In this document: positions 36,616 to 45,959 of the stretch, in pieces
How positions within the stretch are numbered: position 1 is the stretch's first letter
Layout of the letters: each line of letters begins with the position of its first letter
NCBI GenBank assembly: GCA_016213785.1
Contig: JACQZQ010000011.1
Coordinates: 518 to 64,517, forward strand
Direction: 5' to 3'
Length of the DNA stretch: 64,000 nucleotides
DNA from: Acidobacteriota bacterium
Lineage (GTDB): Bacteria > Acidobacteriota > Blastocatellia > Chloracidobacteriales > JADJPF01
Notes under the pieces: generated by a model
Databases searched by the model: none
The model's input: only the letters and a program-made list of their open reading frames with translations
What the model was told of the DNA's origin: nothing
Made by a program: the position numbers and the translations under genes

Positions 36616-38136
36616 TTAGGTTTTTATTAAAAGTTTTTTGTAGGTTGAAGTAGAAGGATTAGACCTAGAAGCTAGCTGCTGGTAACTTTCTCTATATTCA
36701 TTTAAAAATTTTTCTTGAGTAAAAAGCTCTAAAGCTTTTTTACAAGCAGCATTACCAAAGTCTTGTCGTTCTTTAGGAGATTTTAAGAGTCTAGTTATAG
36801 ACTTAGCTAATTCTTCTGGATGGTGAGGTTTTACTAATAGTCCAACATCTTTTAAGGCTTCTGGCACTCCTCCAACACTTGTTGAGACAATTGCTGCACC
36901 ACAAAGCATTGCTTCTATAACAACATAAGGAAAACCTTCAGAAATACTAGCCATTACAATAACATCAGCCTGACTATAGACTTGTGCAGGTTTATCAGTT
37001 GGGCCAGCAAAAGTTACAGTATTTTCCAGGTTATAATCTTTAACTCTTTTTTGACATTCAGCAAAATATTTTTCATCACTAGCCGAACCATAAAGACAAA
37101 ACTCTACATCTGGGATAGTTTGACGAACTATTTTTGCTGCTTCAATTAAATCTAGTGTTCCTTTAAGTGCAAAAATTAACCCAACATTAGCAACAGTTGG
37201 ACGGCTATTAGTAGGACATTTAATAGGGTAAAACACCTTTGGGTTTGCGCCGTTATAAATTACTTTAATTTTTTCTTCGCTCACTCCCCACCATTTTTCC
37301 CAACGAATGTTATAACTACATACAGGTGAGACTTGATCAGCAAAATGATAATTGACTGCAACAACTGAGCCAATTAATTGATAAAGAAACCAACGAACAA
37401 ATAAAGATTGGATCTGTTTACTTAGATTTAAGTATTGTTCCCTTATATAAGTTCCATGTTCGGTTAGTAAATAAGGCGTTTTACGTTCTATTTTGGCAAC
37501 TACACAAGGTAGGCCGCAAAATCCTGCTGCCGCAGAATGAGTAAGATCACTAGGTGGAATTGGAAAGTGAAGCACTAAAAGAAAATGGTAAATTAGTCTT
37601 AAAGCTTCAGTTAATTCTGAGATAGTAGGGTTATCTACTGGAAGGTTTTTATTGTGCTTTTGCCAGCTTTTACTAGCTAGACTAGAAAAACTTTGCCAAA
37701 CAGCCCGAGATTTCATAGTCTGATGATAATCACGATTTTGAAAATAATTATGTAGTAAAACTAATAAACTTCCTAAATAATCACGGTCAAAATTGGATGA
37801 GAAAATAGTTAAAAGTATTTCTTCAAAAAGTGGTAGAAACTCTTTTGTGATAGTCTGTTCAACTGTACTTAGCTTAATTTTTAGTGCTGTAGAAAATGGA
37901 AAATGCCAAGAATATTCTACTGGGTCGCTAATTCCCCATAAAGGTACTTTTAGGAGTTGGCGCACATTTTCAGGGAGTTCATAGCGTTGTTTTAAGTAAG
38001 GGTGCATTATTACCGCAAGTACTGTAAAGTCAATTTCTGGTAAATTGCGAACAAGCACATCACACCAAGTGCTAACCCCTCCTTTATGAAAAGGATAAGT
38101 TCCTTCAGTTGTTAATAAAACAGATATAGCAGTCAT
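36616..38136 (-). CDS. GT4-family glycosyltransferase with DUF3492-type N-terminus (PelF-like)
   Basis: N-terminal TEGTYPFHKGGVSTW is the PelF/DUF3492 signature. The C-terminal GT4 has SEGFPYVVIEAMLCG (the E-x7-E region). Confidence 0.8.
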   Translation of the reverse strand: MTAISVLLTTEGTYPFHKGGVSTWCDVLVRNLPEIDFTVLAVIMHPYLKQRYELPENVRQLLKVPLWGISDPVEYSWHFPFSTALKIKLSTVEQTITKEFLPLFEEILLTIFSSNFDRDYLGSLLVLLHNYFQNRDYHQTMKSRAVWQSFSSLASKSWQKHNKNLPVDNPTISELTEALRLIYHFLLVLHFPIPPSDLTHSAAAGFCGLPCVVAKIERKTPYLLTEHGTYIREQYLNLSKQIQSLFVRWFLYQLIGSVVAVNYHFADQVSPVCSYNIRWEKWWGVSEEKIKVIYNGANPKVFYPIKCPTNSRPTVANVGLIFALKGTLDLIEAAKIVRQTIPDVEFCLYGSASDEKYFAECQKRVKDYNLENTVTFAGPTDKPAQVYSQADVIVMASISEGFPYVVIEAMLCGAAIVSTSVGGVPEALKDVGLLVKPHHPEELAKSITRLLKSPKERQDFGNAACKKALELFTQEKFLNEYRESYQQLASRSNPSTSTYKKLLIKT

Positions 38137-38344
38137 TATAACTTAGTAACTTAAGTGAGTTTATAGTTTAATAATTAATAATTGAAGAATTGTCTAATAT
38201 CAATCGCCTTTTGCCAGTCTCTATAAAACCTTTGAAAAGCAAGAGTGCTTTTTAGGGCTGGGTTTAAAATATAAAATCTTAACTGTAGTATGCTAACTTT
38301 ACTTTTCAAAAACTCTATTAGATATAAAAATTTGGGGTTGGTTA

Positions 38345-39790
38345 ATGAAACAAATTATTTATTTTATCTGTTGTTTTATATGTATGTACTCTTTACTATT
38401 AAATTTTTTAACTAAAACTAGCGCTGATAATACAACACAGACTAAAACTGAAGCATTAGCTATTTATCAGTCTTTATTAGACATAACATTTCCTTACACT
38501 ATTATGTGTATTGCAGCACATCCTGATGATGAAGATAGCGACGCGCTAGCTTTTTACCGTATGAAATACGGAGCTAGAACTGTTTTAGTTACTGCAACTA
38601 GAGGTGAAGGAGGGCAAAACTCACAAGGGCCAGAGCTTTATGAGGATTTAGCTATTATTAGAGCAAAAGAAACTGTTGCTATGGCTAATCGCTTAGATAC
38701 AGTTGCTATAAATTTAGCAATGCCTGATTTTGGGTTTTCCAAATCTTCTGAAGAAACATTTAAGATTTGGAATCGTCGTGAGGCTCTAAGGCGTTTGGTT
38801 TTTGCTATTCGTGCTTTTAAGCCAGATATAATTATTACAGTACATGACCGTAAAACAGGGCATGGACATCATCAAGCTACAAGGCTTTTGGCTGAAGAAG
38901 CCTATACACTTGCTGCTGATCGGTTTGCTTTTTCTGAACAATTTACTGGACTAGGAAGGCTTGAACCTTGGCAAGTTAAGCGTTTATTTGCTCGGACATT
39001 AAGCAAAACAAAATTTGATACAGAATTTGATGCTAACCAAGTTTCTAGTATTTATAATCAATCATATTCTCAAATAGGCTATCAATCTCGTTTAGAACAC
39101 CGCACACAAGGCCCTTGGCCTCAGATTGATCTAAAGAGCGAAAGAATGGTTCGCTTTAACCTTATTAAAAGTACTGATGAAGATTTTCGACGCTGGTATT
39201 TACTTTGGCAAGGAATTCCAAATTCTGATGTTTATAACAAAATTCAAACCATACTTTTTGATGAGCAAGTTGATGGTGTAGAAAAACTCTCTAAACTTCC
39301 TACAGAAGCACTAACTAATCGATTAATTAAAGCCTTAAATGTTGTAAATAGCTACTTAAAAGAAGAAGGAAAATCAAGTGATTATCAAGCAAAATTATTA
39401 CTAGAAAAGCTACAAAAAGCTTTACTAATAGTGACAAAAATTTCCTTAAAAGTAACTCCTAGTATAGAAAAAACTTCCCCTGGACAAAGCTTTACAGCCA
39501 GTCTAAGCATTTATAATCCAACAAAATCAGTATTAGAAGTAAAGTCTTTATCTCTAGCTACTCCTAATTTTTGGGAATATGAGGAAAAAAATAAATTAAA
39601 TACTTCTATTGAAGCAGGTGCAACAAATGATCAGGAAATTACTATTAAATTAGGTCTAGAGGCTAAAGCTACTCTACCAAGTAAAGCCTTTATTTATGAT
39701 TTAGATTTTCTTGAGCCACAAATTAATGCTATAGCAAAAATTACTTTACCAGAGCTTAATGAGCCTATTTTTCTAATTAGCAAAAGCTAG
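38345..39790 (+). CDS. PIG-L/LmbE-family deacetylase, probably the N-terminal part of a frameshifted longer gene
   Basis: Signal peptide, AHPDDED and HGHH motifs. An Ig-like beta-rich C-terminal segment ends at a TAG immediately after an A4 run. Confidence 0.75.
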   Translation: MKQIIYFICCFICMYSLLLNFLTKTSADNTTQTKTEALAIYQSLLDITFPYTIMCIAAHPDDEDSDALAFYRMKYGARTVLVTATRGEGGQNSQGPELYEDLAIIRAKETVAMANRLDTVAINLAMPDFGFSKSSEETFKIWNRREALRRLVFAIRAFKPDIIITVHDRKTGHGHHQATRLLAEEAYTLAADRFAFSEQFTGLGRLEPWQVKRLFARTLSKTKFDTEFDANQVSSIYNQSYSQIGYQSRLEHRTQGPWPQIDLKSERMVRFNLIKSTDEDFRRWYLLWQGIPNSDVYNKIQTILFDEQVDGVEKLSKLPTEALTNRLIKALNVVNSYLKEEGKSSDYQAKLLLEKLQKALLIVTKISLKVTPSIEKTSPGQSFTASLSIYNPTKSVLEVKSLSLATPNFWEYEEKNKLNTSIEAGATNDQEITIKLGLEAKATLPSKAFIYDLDFLEPQINAIAKITLPELNEPIFLISKS

Positions 39791-39815
39791 GGTTGATGTT
39801 AGCCCTACAATAGAG

Positions 39816-40775
39816 ATGGAAATAAGTCCTAATGAAAGATTAATTAATATTACTGATAAAAGTGAAACAAATAGTTTTCCTCTACAAATAAAAATCACTA
39901 ATAGACTGCAAAATGCAATCTCAGGGCGTATAAAAGTAGGTAATATTGCTCCTATCCAAATTACTCCACAAGAACAACAACTTAAGCTTGAAGCACAATC
40001 TACAAGTGTAGCTACTTTTTTTGTAGCTGTTGGTCGGCCTGTTCCAGAAGGGCTTGCAAGATTTCCTATATCGCTTTTTGATGATTATGGTAGGGAAATC
40101 TTAAGTAGTGAATTAAAAATGAATCTAGTCCAAGTTCGTGTTGCTGATGTCGAGGTAGGGTATTTACGTAGTTATGATTTTACTCTGCCACAGACCTTAA
40201 ATTTTTATGGTGTAAGAAATAAAGAAATTTCTATTGAAGAAATAAAGGAAGGAAATTTAAGAAGTAACTACGATACAATTGTATTAGATAATCGTGCTTA
40301 CTTAGCACACCCTGAGTTAGTTAACGCTAATCAAAAACTACTCAGTTTTGTTCGTAGTGGAGGAACTGTAATAGTTTTTTATCAGCGTCCTAGTGATTGG
40401 AATGGAAAGAGTTTAAGTCCTTATCCAATAACTCTTGGAGATAGAAGGATTACAGATGAAACCTCGCCTGTTACTATTTTAATGCCAGAACATCCTCTAA
40501 TGAGTGTTCCTAATAGGATTACAGAAAGAGATTTTGATAATTGGATACAAGAGCGAGGCTTAAGTTTTCCTAGTGAATGGGATGAAACCTATACTGCACT
40601 TCTTTCTTGTAGTGATCCTGATGAAGAACAACTAAAAGGCGGGTTGTTAATTGCTCCTCATGGACGAGGACAATATATTTACACTAGCTATGTTATTTAC
40701 AGACAGTTGCGTGCCTTTAATCCAGGAGCTTTTCATTTATTTGCTAATATGATTAGTTTGCCAAAAGCCCGTTGA
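39816..40775 (+). CDS. C-terminal continuation (Ig-like segment plus class-I glutamine-amidotransferase/ThuA-like region) of the LmbE-family gene
   Basis: The reading frame is already open from 39777 (LAKARVDVSPTIEMEISPNE..) and overlaps the end of the previous ORF. There is no convincing RBS before the ATG at 39816. Confidence 0.6.
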   Translation: MEISPNERLINITDKSETNSFPLQIKITNRLQNAISGRIKVGNIAPIQITPQEQQLKLEAQSTSVATFFVAVGRPVPEGLARFPISLFDDYGREILSSELKMNLVQVRVADVEVGYLRSYDFTLPQTLNFYGVRNKEISIEEIKEGNLRSNYDTIVLDNRAYLAHPELVNANQKLLSFVRSGGTVIVFYQRPSDWNGKSLSPYPITLGDRRITDETSPVTILMPEHPLMSVPNRITERDFDNWIQERGLSFPSEWDETYTALLSCSDPDEEQLKGGLLIAPHGRGQYIYTSYVIYRQLRAFNPGAFHLFANMISLPKAR

Positions 40776-40991
40776 AAGTTTGCTTAAAAGATTTATTTTA
40801 AGCTAGTTTGATTGCAACCATTCTTCTTATATAAAAATCTAATGGGTCTCAAATTTGTTGCCCTTTCTATCAAGGTAAAAAAGGGTTTCTGGGTTTCTAC
40901 AACATTTTTGATAAAAATAATAATAAACTCTCGACTTACGACTTAAAAAGAAAAATTATTAAAAATAACCCCCTTAGGAGCACAGTCTATT

Positions 40992-43166
40992 ATGGTATAT
41001 AAGAAATTAGTATTATCCCTGTTTTTACTATTAAGTTTGTTTACTCTAGCTTTTGCACAGAATGATTCTCCCCAACCTCCACAAACACCACAAGATGAAG
41101 ATAAAACAATAAGAATTGACACAGAATTAATACAACTAGATGTTATAGTTACGGATAAAAATGGGCATGTTGTTAACAGCTTAAAGCAAGAAGATTTTGA
41201 AATAATAGAAGATGGAAAAAAACAATCTATTTCTTTCTTTTCCTATGTTAAACCCCAAATTCTAGACGATAAGCCTCAAAATAAAACAAAATTAGAACAA
41301 AAAACAAATATTGATGTTGCTTCAATAGAGCAAAGCGGGCGAATTTTTATCGTTCTAGTAGATGATTTACATATTAGCCCAAGCAGTATGCTAAATGTAA
41401 AGAAACAACTCTTAACACTTATAGATAGCCAAATTCAAGATGGAGATAGAGTTGCTGTTGTTACTACAGGCGGTGGATTAGGTTTTCTACAGCAATTAAC
41501 AGATGAGCGTAAAGTATATCGTAAAGCAATAGAAAAACTTATAGGTAGACAACAGTCGGCTTCTCTTCCAGGCGATCCAGCTATGTTAACCGATTATCAA
41601 GCACAAAAGATTAATGATGGTGAGCAAGAAGCTTTGGATTTAGGTGTAGAAAATTATATAAGAAATATTGGAATCCCTATTCCTATAGAAACTGCTAGGA
41701 ATACAGTAAGGACTTCTGCTAGACAAATTGTTGAAATTATTGGGTTTCAAACTACTGCAACACTACAAACCATTCGTAATTCAATTTTAGCCGTAAAATC
41801 TATTCCTGGTCGTAAAACTATGATTTTGGTATCAGATGGCTTTTTATTAGAAACAAGAGAAGCCGACCATCTTGCTCAAATGCGTAGAATCGTTGATTCT
41901 GCTACAAAATCAGGCGTGGTTGTATATTCTTTGGGAAGTGCAGGACTAACAGTTGGTAATTCAAATAGTCCTTTTAGTGTAGAAAATACTGCTATTGATA
42001 GTCGTGGTATTGGTATAAGTTTATCAGGCCGAGAACAATTTTCTTCATTGGTTGCTATGCAGGCTATTGCTCAAGATACAGGCGGTTTTAGCGTTATTAA
42101 TAACAATAATTTGTTAAGCGGATTACAAAATATTGTAACAGAAAGCTCAAGCTACTATTTGCTTGCTTATTACCCAGAAGATTCTACAAAAGATGGAAAA
42201 TTCCGTGAAATAAAAGTCAATATTAAAGGTGATAAAAAACTAATAGTTAAAAGCGGAAAAGGCTATTTTTCAGGCGAGGAAAAAATAGATCCTAAGGAAT
42301 TAGCTAAAAAACAAGAAAAAGCTGCAAAAAATAAAAAAAATGAAGCAGATCCTGTTACATCAGAATTAATAAGCTCTATATCCTCTGTCTTACCAGTAAC
42401 AAATATTGGGCTAAAAATGAAAGCAGACTTTTTAGGCACTGTTGATAATACTAATAATACTGTACTTTCTTTTGCTATTGACCTTAGAGATATTAAAGTT
42501 ATTAAGTCTGATAATAAATATACAAATAAATTAAAAGCTCTACTTATTTTAGTAGGAGAAGATGGAAAAATCGCTCATTCTACAACAAATACAGTTGATA
42601 TAAATTTTCCAGAAGCAAGATATGAGGATATAAGCAAGTCTTATTTTTTCTATGCACAATCTCTAGCGCTAAAACCAGGGTTTTATAATGTGCGTTTTGC
42701 TTTAAGAGATCCCTTAACTAGTCGATTAGGAAGCGTTTCAGGTTGGGTTGAAGTTCCTAATCTAGAAAAATCTAAAATGGCTTTAAGTAATATTCTGCTC
42801 TTACATGAACAAGATCATGCTCAAGCTTCTCCTAATTCCAATGGAGAAAAAGGTGTTACAGGTACAGGTCAAGCTTTAACAATCTTTTCAGAAAAATCAT
42901 CCTTAGGGTTTTTGTCTTATATTTTTAATGCAAAATCAAATAACTTAACGGCTCAAATCCAAATTATTAAAGCAAATAAAGCTCTTTTTACTAGCCCACA
43001 AATAAATGTAACAGAAAAAGCAGATGCATCAGGGCGTATTGCTTATGGGGGCAGTGTTCCTTTAACAGGTTTTCCTTCGGGTGATTACCGGCTAAAAATT
43101 ACTATTACCGATAGTAAAAATAAACTTGAAACTTTCCAAGAGCAAAGATTTACTATTGAAAAATAG
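40992..43166 (+). CDS. VWA-domain protein with TIGR03436-type (acidobacterial VWFA-related) N-terminus
   Basis: TIRIDTELIQLDVIVTDKNGHVVNSLKQEDFEIIEDGKKQSISFF is the family hallmark. A VWA-like segment follows (IVLVDDLH..., ILVSDG). Confidence 0.8.
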   Translation: MVYKKLVLSLFLLLSLFTLAFAQNDSPQPPQTPQDEDKTIRIDTELIQLDVIVTDKNGHVVNSLKQEDFEIIEDGKKQSISFFSYVKPQILDDKPQNKTKLEQKTNIDVASIEQSGRIFIVLVDDLHISPSSMLNVKKQLLTLIDSQIQDGDRVAVVTTGGGLGFLQQLTDERKVYRKAIEKLIGRQQSASLPGDPAMLTDYQAQKINDGEQEALDLGVENYIRNIGIPIPIETARNTVRTSARQIVEIIGFQTTATLQTIRNSILAVKSIPGRKTMILVSDGFLLETREADHLAQMRRIVDSATKSGVVVYSLGSAGLTVGNSNSPFSVENTAIDSRGIGISLSGREQFSSLVAMQAIAQDTGGFSVINNNNLLSGLQNIVTESSSYYLLAYYPEDSTKDGKFREIKVNIKGDKKLIVKSGKGYFSGEEKIDPKELAKKQEKAAKNKKNEADPVTSELISSISSVLPVTNIGLKMKADFLGTVDNTNNTVLSFAIDLRDIKVIKSDNKYTNKLKALLILVGEDGKIAHSTTNTVDINFPEARYEDISKSYFFYAQSLALKPGFYNVRFALRDPLTSRLGSVSGWVEVPNLEKSKMALSNILLLHEQDHAQASPNSNGEKGVTGTGQALTIFSEKSSLGFLSYIFNAKSNNLTAQIQIIKANKALFTSPQINVTEKADASGRIAYGGSVPLTGFPSGDYRLKITITDSKNKLETFQEQRFTIEK

Positions 43167-43209
43167 CTCTAGTGCAAAACTAATCTAATTTATTTAATTT
43201 ATTATATGT

Positions 43210-43241
43210 TAAGTAAGTGAAATCTCCATTTCACTTACTTA
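43210..43241. terminator. hairpin between convergent genes (overlaps the carA stop)
   Basis: Perfect 14-bp stem taagtaagtgaaat / atttcacttactta with the loop ctcc. Confidence 0.5.
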
Positions 43242-44355
43242 GCACTAACCTATTTTGTTTACTTAAGAGGGAGCTAAATTTTTGAAATAAATATGAAGCA
43301 TCATGTGGGCCTGGTGCTGCTTCAGGATGATATTGAACAGAAAAGATAGGTAGATAGCGATGTTGCATTCCTTCTAATGTATTATCATTTAAGTTTAAGT
43401 GAGTCATTTCTAGTTCATTGGGCAGAGAGTCAATTTCTACAGAAAACCCATGATTATGGGCAGTAATTTCAATTTTATTTGTAAGTAAGTTTTTTACAGG
43501 TTGATTTGCGCCACGATGACCAAATTTTAATTTATAAGTTTTAGCTCCAAAGGCTAGAGCTAATAATTGATGGCCTAGGCAAATACCAAATATAGGGTAG
43601 AGATCGGCTAGTTTTCTAATAGTTGTTGCTGCTTCTTTTAGTGGTTCTGGATCACCTGGCCCGTTAGAAAGAAAAATTCCATCAGGATTAAGTTGTTTTA
43701 CTTCATCTACGTTTGTTAAAGCTGGTACAACTGTTAGCTTAAAATGTTCTAACTCTAAAGATCTTAAAATATTATGTTTAATACCAAAATCATAAGCTAC
43801 AATATGAGGTAAATTACTTATGCCGCTAGATAAATTACTTTTAGGCCAAGTATAAGGAGATTTACAAGAAACCTTAGTTGCTAATTCTTGTCCAAGCATT
43901 TTAGGAATGTTTTTAATTTGTTCTAGTAAAATATTGCTATCAGTGGTTTTAGAAGAAATTATTCCACGCATTGCACCTTGACTGCGAATATGACGAACTA
44001 GTTTGCGGGTATCGATATCAGAAATACCAACTATGTTATTTTCACTTAGATATTGTCCTAGACTTTTATTAGAACGCCAATTACTAGCTAATTCGCTATA
44101 TTCTCTAACAATAAGTCCTTGAGCAAAAACTTTGTCAGACTCATTATCTTCGGAGTTTACTCCATAATTACCAATTAATGGGTAGGTCATTACTACTATT
44201 TGCCCAAAATAAGAAGGGTCTGTAAGAATTTCTTGATAGCCAGTTAAAGAAGTATTAAAAACTACTTCTCCAGAAGTTTCTCCATTTTTGCCAAAACTAT
44301 ACCCTCTAAAAACCAAACCGTCTTCTAAAACTAACAATGCAGGCAGTTTATTCAA
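43231..44355 (-). CDS. carA: carbamoyl-phosphate synthase small (glutaminase) subunit
   Basis: The N-terminal [11 protein letters not shown]...[12 protein letters not shown] and the GATase triad region GICLGHQ...HPE. Confidence 0.95.
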   Translation of the reverse strand: MNKLPALLVLEDGLVFRGYSFGKNGETSGEVVFNTSLTGYQEILTDPSYFGQIVVMTYPLIGNYGVNSEDNESDKVFAQGLIVREYSELASNWRSNKSLGQYLSENNIVGISDIDTRKLVRHIRSQGAMRGIISSKTTDSNILLEQIKNIPKMLGQELATKVSCKSPYTWPKSNLSSGISNLPHIVAYDFGIKHNILRSLELEHFKLTVVPALTNVDEVKQLNPDGIFLSNGPGDPEPLKEAATTIRKLADLYPIFGICLGHQLLALAFGAKTYKLKFGHRGANQPVKNLLTNKIEITAHNHGFSVEIDSLPNELEMTHLNLNDNTLEGMQHRYLPIFSVQYHPEAAPGPHDASYLFQKFSSLLSKQNRLVLSK

Positions 44356-44576
44356 GCAAGTTTCCTTTGTTCAAAAATTTGTTTCTACAATATCACGTCA
44401 AAATATTTAGGGGCAACTAGAGCAGACGGAGGCTCTTTATTAAAAATCAATACTTTAACTGCTCTATATAAAAACTTAAATCTTCTAAAAATATTTTCAG
44501 GAAAACCTAGTGCAAGGAATAAAAATTCTCTCATTCAGATTATAAAAGTTAATAACAGTATCTTGGAGGAATCAAT

Positions 44577-45053
44577 ATGTATAAAGCATTAATTTTAACT
44601 ATATTTTTATTAGTATTTAATACTGTAGTCAATGCTCAATCTCCTAAAGTAGAGCTTTTTACTGGCTATACAAATGTAAACACTGAGTTTAACCCTGGGT
44701 TTAATGGATTTACCACATCAGTTAATGGAGCAGTTACTAAGAATGTAGGAGTAGTAGCAGATTTTAGCGCTGTTTATAGAAAAGGTAGTGGGCAGTATTT
44801 AGCCTTGTTTGGGCCTCGTTACTCTTTTAGAAATTCTAGTAAAGTAACTCCATTTGTACATGCTTTGTTTGGTGCAATTGGTCCTGACCCTGCTTTTGCA
44901 ATGGCTTTTGGCGGAGGAATAGACATAAAAATTAATAAACGATTTAGTTTTAGAGCAGTTCAAGCCGAGTATATACAACTACGCAATGGAGCTAATAGTA
45001 TTAACACTTCTAGAATATCAGCAGGAATTGTTTTTAATTTTGGAGAGAAATAA
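44577..45053 (+). CDS. small outer-membrane beta-barrel protein (OmpW/opacity-porin-like)
   Basis: Signal peptide, alternating hydrophobic beta-strand pattern, and a terminal aromatic-rich strand GIVFNF. Confidence 0.65.
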   Translation: MYKALILTIFLLVFNTVVNAQSPKVELFTGYTNVNTEFNPGFNGFTTSVNGAVTKNVGVVADFSAVYRKGSGQYLALFGPRYSFRNSSKVTPFVHALFGAIGPDPAFAMAFGGGIDIKINKRFSFRAVQAEYIQLRNGANSINTSRISAGIVFNFGEK

Positions 45054-45109
45054 AAAGATAAATTAGTTCGTGTCTGATAAAACCCGCCATATTTTAACTT
45101 TCTCAAGCG

Positions 45110-45673
45110 TCAATCACAACAATCTGAAGAGTCTTTGTGCTGCGAGTTTTCTGGCAAGTTATTTTGTTTGGAATTAGAGGTCTGAGACTCTTCGTCTTTT
45201 TCTGGGAGTTTAACCATCACAATTTGATTTCCCCTTGTGTTATAACGCACTTCATCCATAATATGGTAAATTAGCATTACTCCACGTCCACATGGTCGCA
45301 TTATATAGTCTGGATCTGTAGGGTTAGGTAGACTCTTTAGATCAAAACCATCTCCTTCATCTGTGATAGTAAAGATTGCTTGTTCTGATGTAATGTCTGC
45401 AACAATATGAATTCGCTTATCAGGATCAGATTTATTACCATGTTTTATTGCATTAGCAATAGCCTCGTCTAAGGCTACAAAAATATTGGAAGTAGAAGGT
45501 TTAATAATACCTAAATGCGCAGTACGTTCTATTAAGTAAGATAAGACTTCGTGCATCCATTCTATTTTGCTAGGGATAACAAATTCTATTTTTTCCCTCA
45601 AAAAAGGTAAGACTTTTTTGATATTTAGTGATTTTGATCCTTTTGTCTGAGGCGAATGAGATGGTTCCGACAC
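45110..45673 (-). CDS. RsbW/SpoIIAB-like anti-sigma regulatory factor (HATPase_c_2 Ser kinase fold)
   Basis: N-box ALDEAIANAIKHGN and G1 ITDEGDGF. Small size. The C-terminal tail ends in ..SSDCCD. Confidence 0.65.
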   Translation of the reverse strand: MSEPSHSPQTKGSKSLNIKKVLPFLREKIEFVIPSKIEWMHEVLSYLIERTAHLGIIKPSTSNIFVALDEAIANAIKHGNKSDPDKRIHIVADITSEQAIFTITDEGDGFDLKSLPNPTDPDYIMRPCGRGVMLIYHIMDEVRYNTRGNQIVMVKLPEKDEESQTSNSKQNNLPENSQHKDSSDCCD

Positions 45674-45959
45674 AGTAAAGATCTCCTTAAAAATTCCCTA
45701 ACCAATTTAGACATTATATTTTTTGGGGTTGTTACTAGCTTAAAAGAAAACGCTATAAAAATGCAACCTTAAATTCTCGCAAAAGCTTTAGGAATTTGTG
45801 GTATGCGCATATATTTAAGTATAGGAATCCAAGTTTAATACTAAGAAATAAATAATAAAATAATAATCATTATAAAGACTTAAAGCTTTTTAGGTTAGTA
45901 TAGTTTAAGGTTACTTAAAGCTTAAGAGATTGACTTTTTAATTTTTAGCAAGTTTTTAG

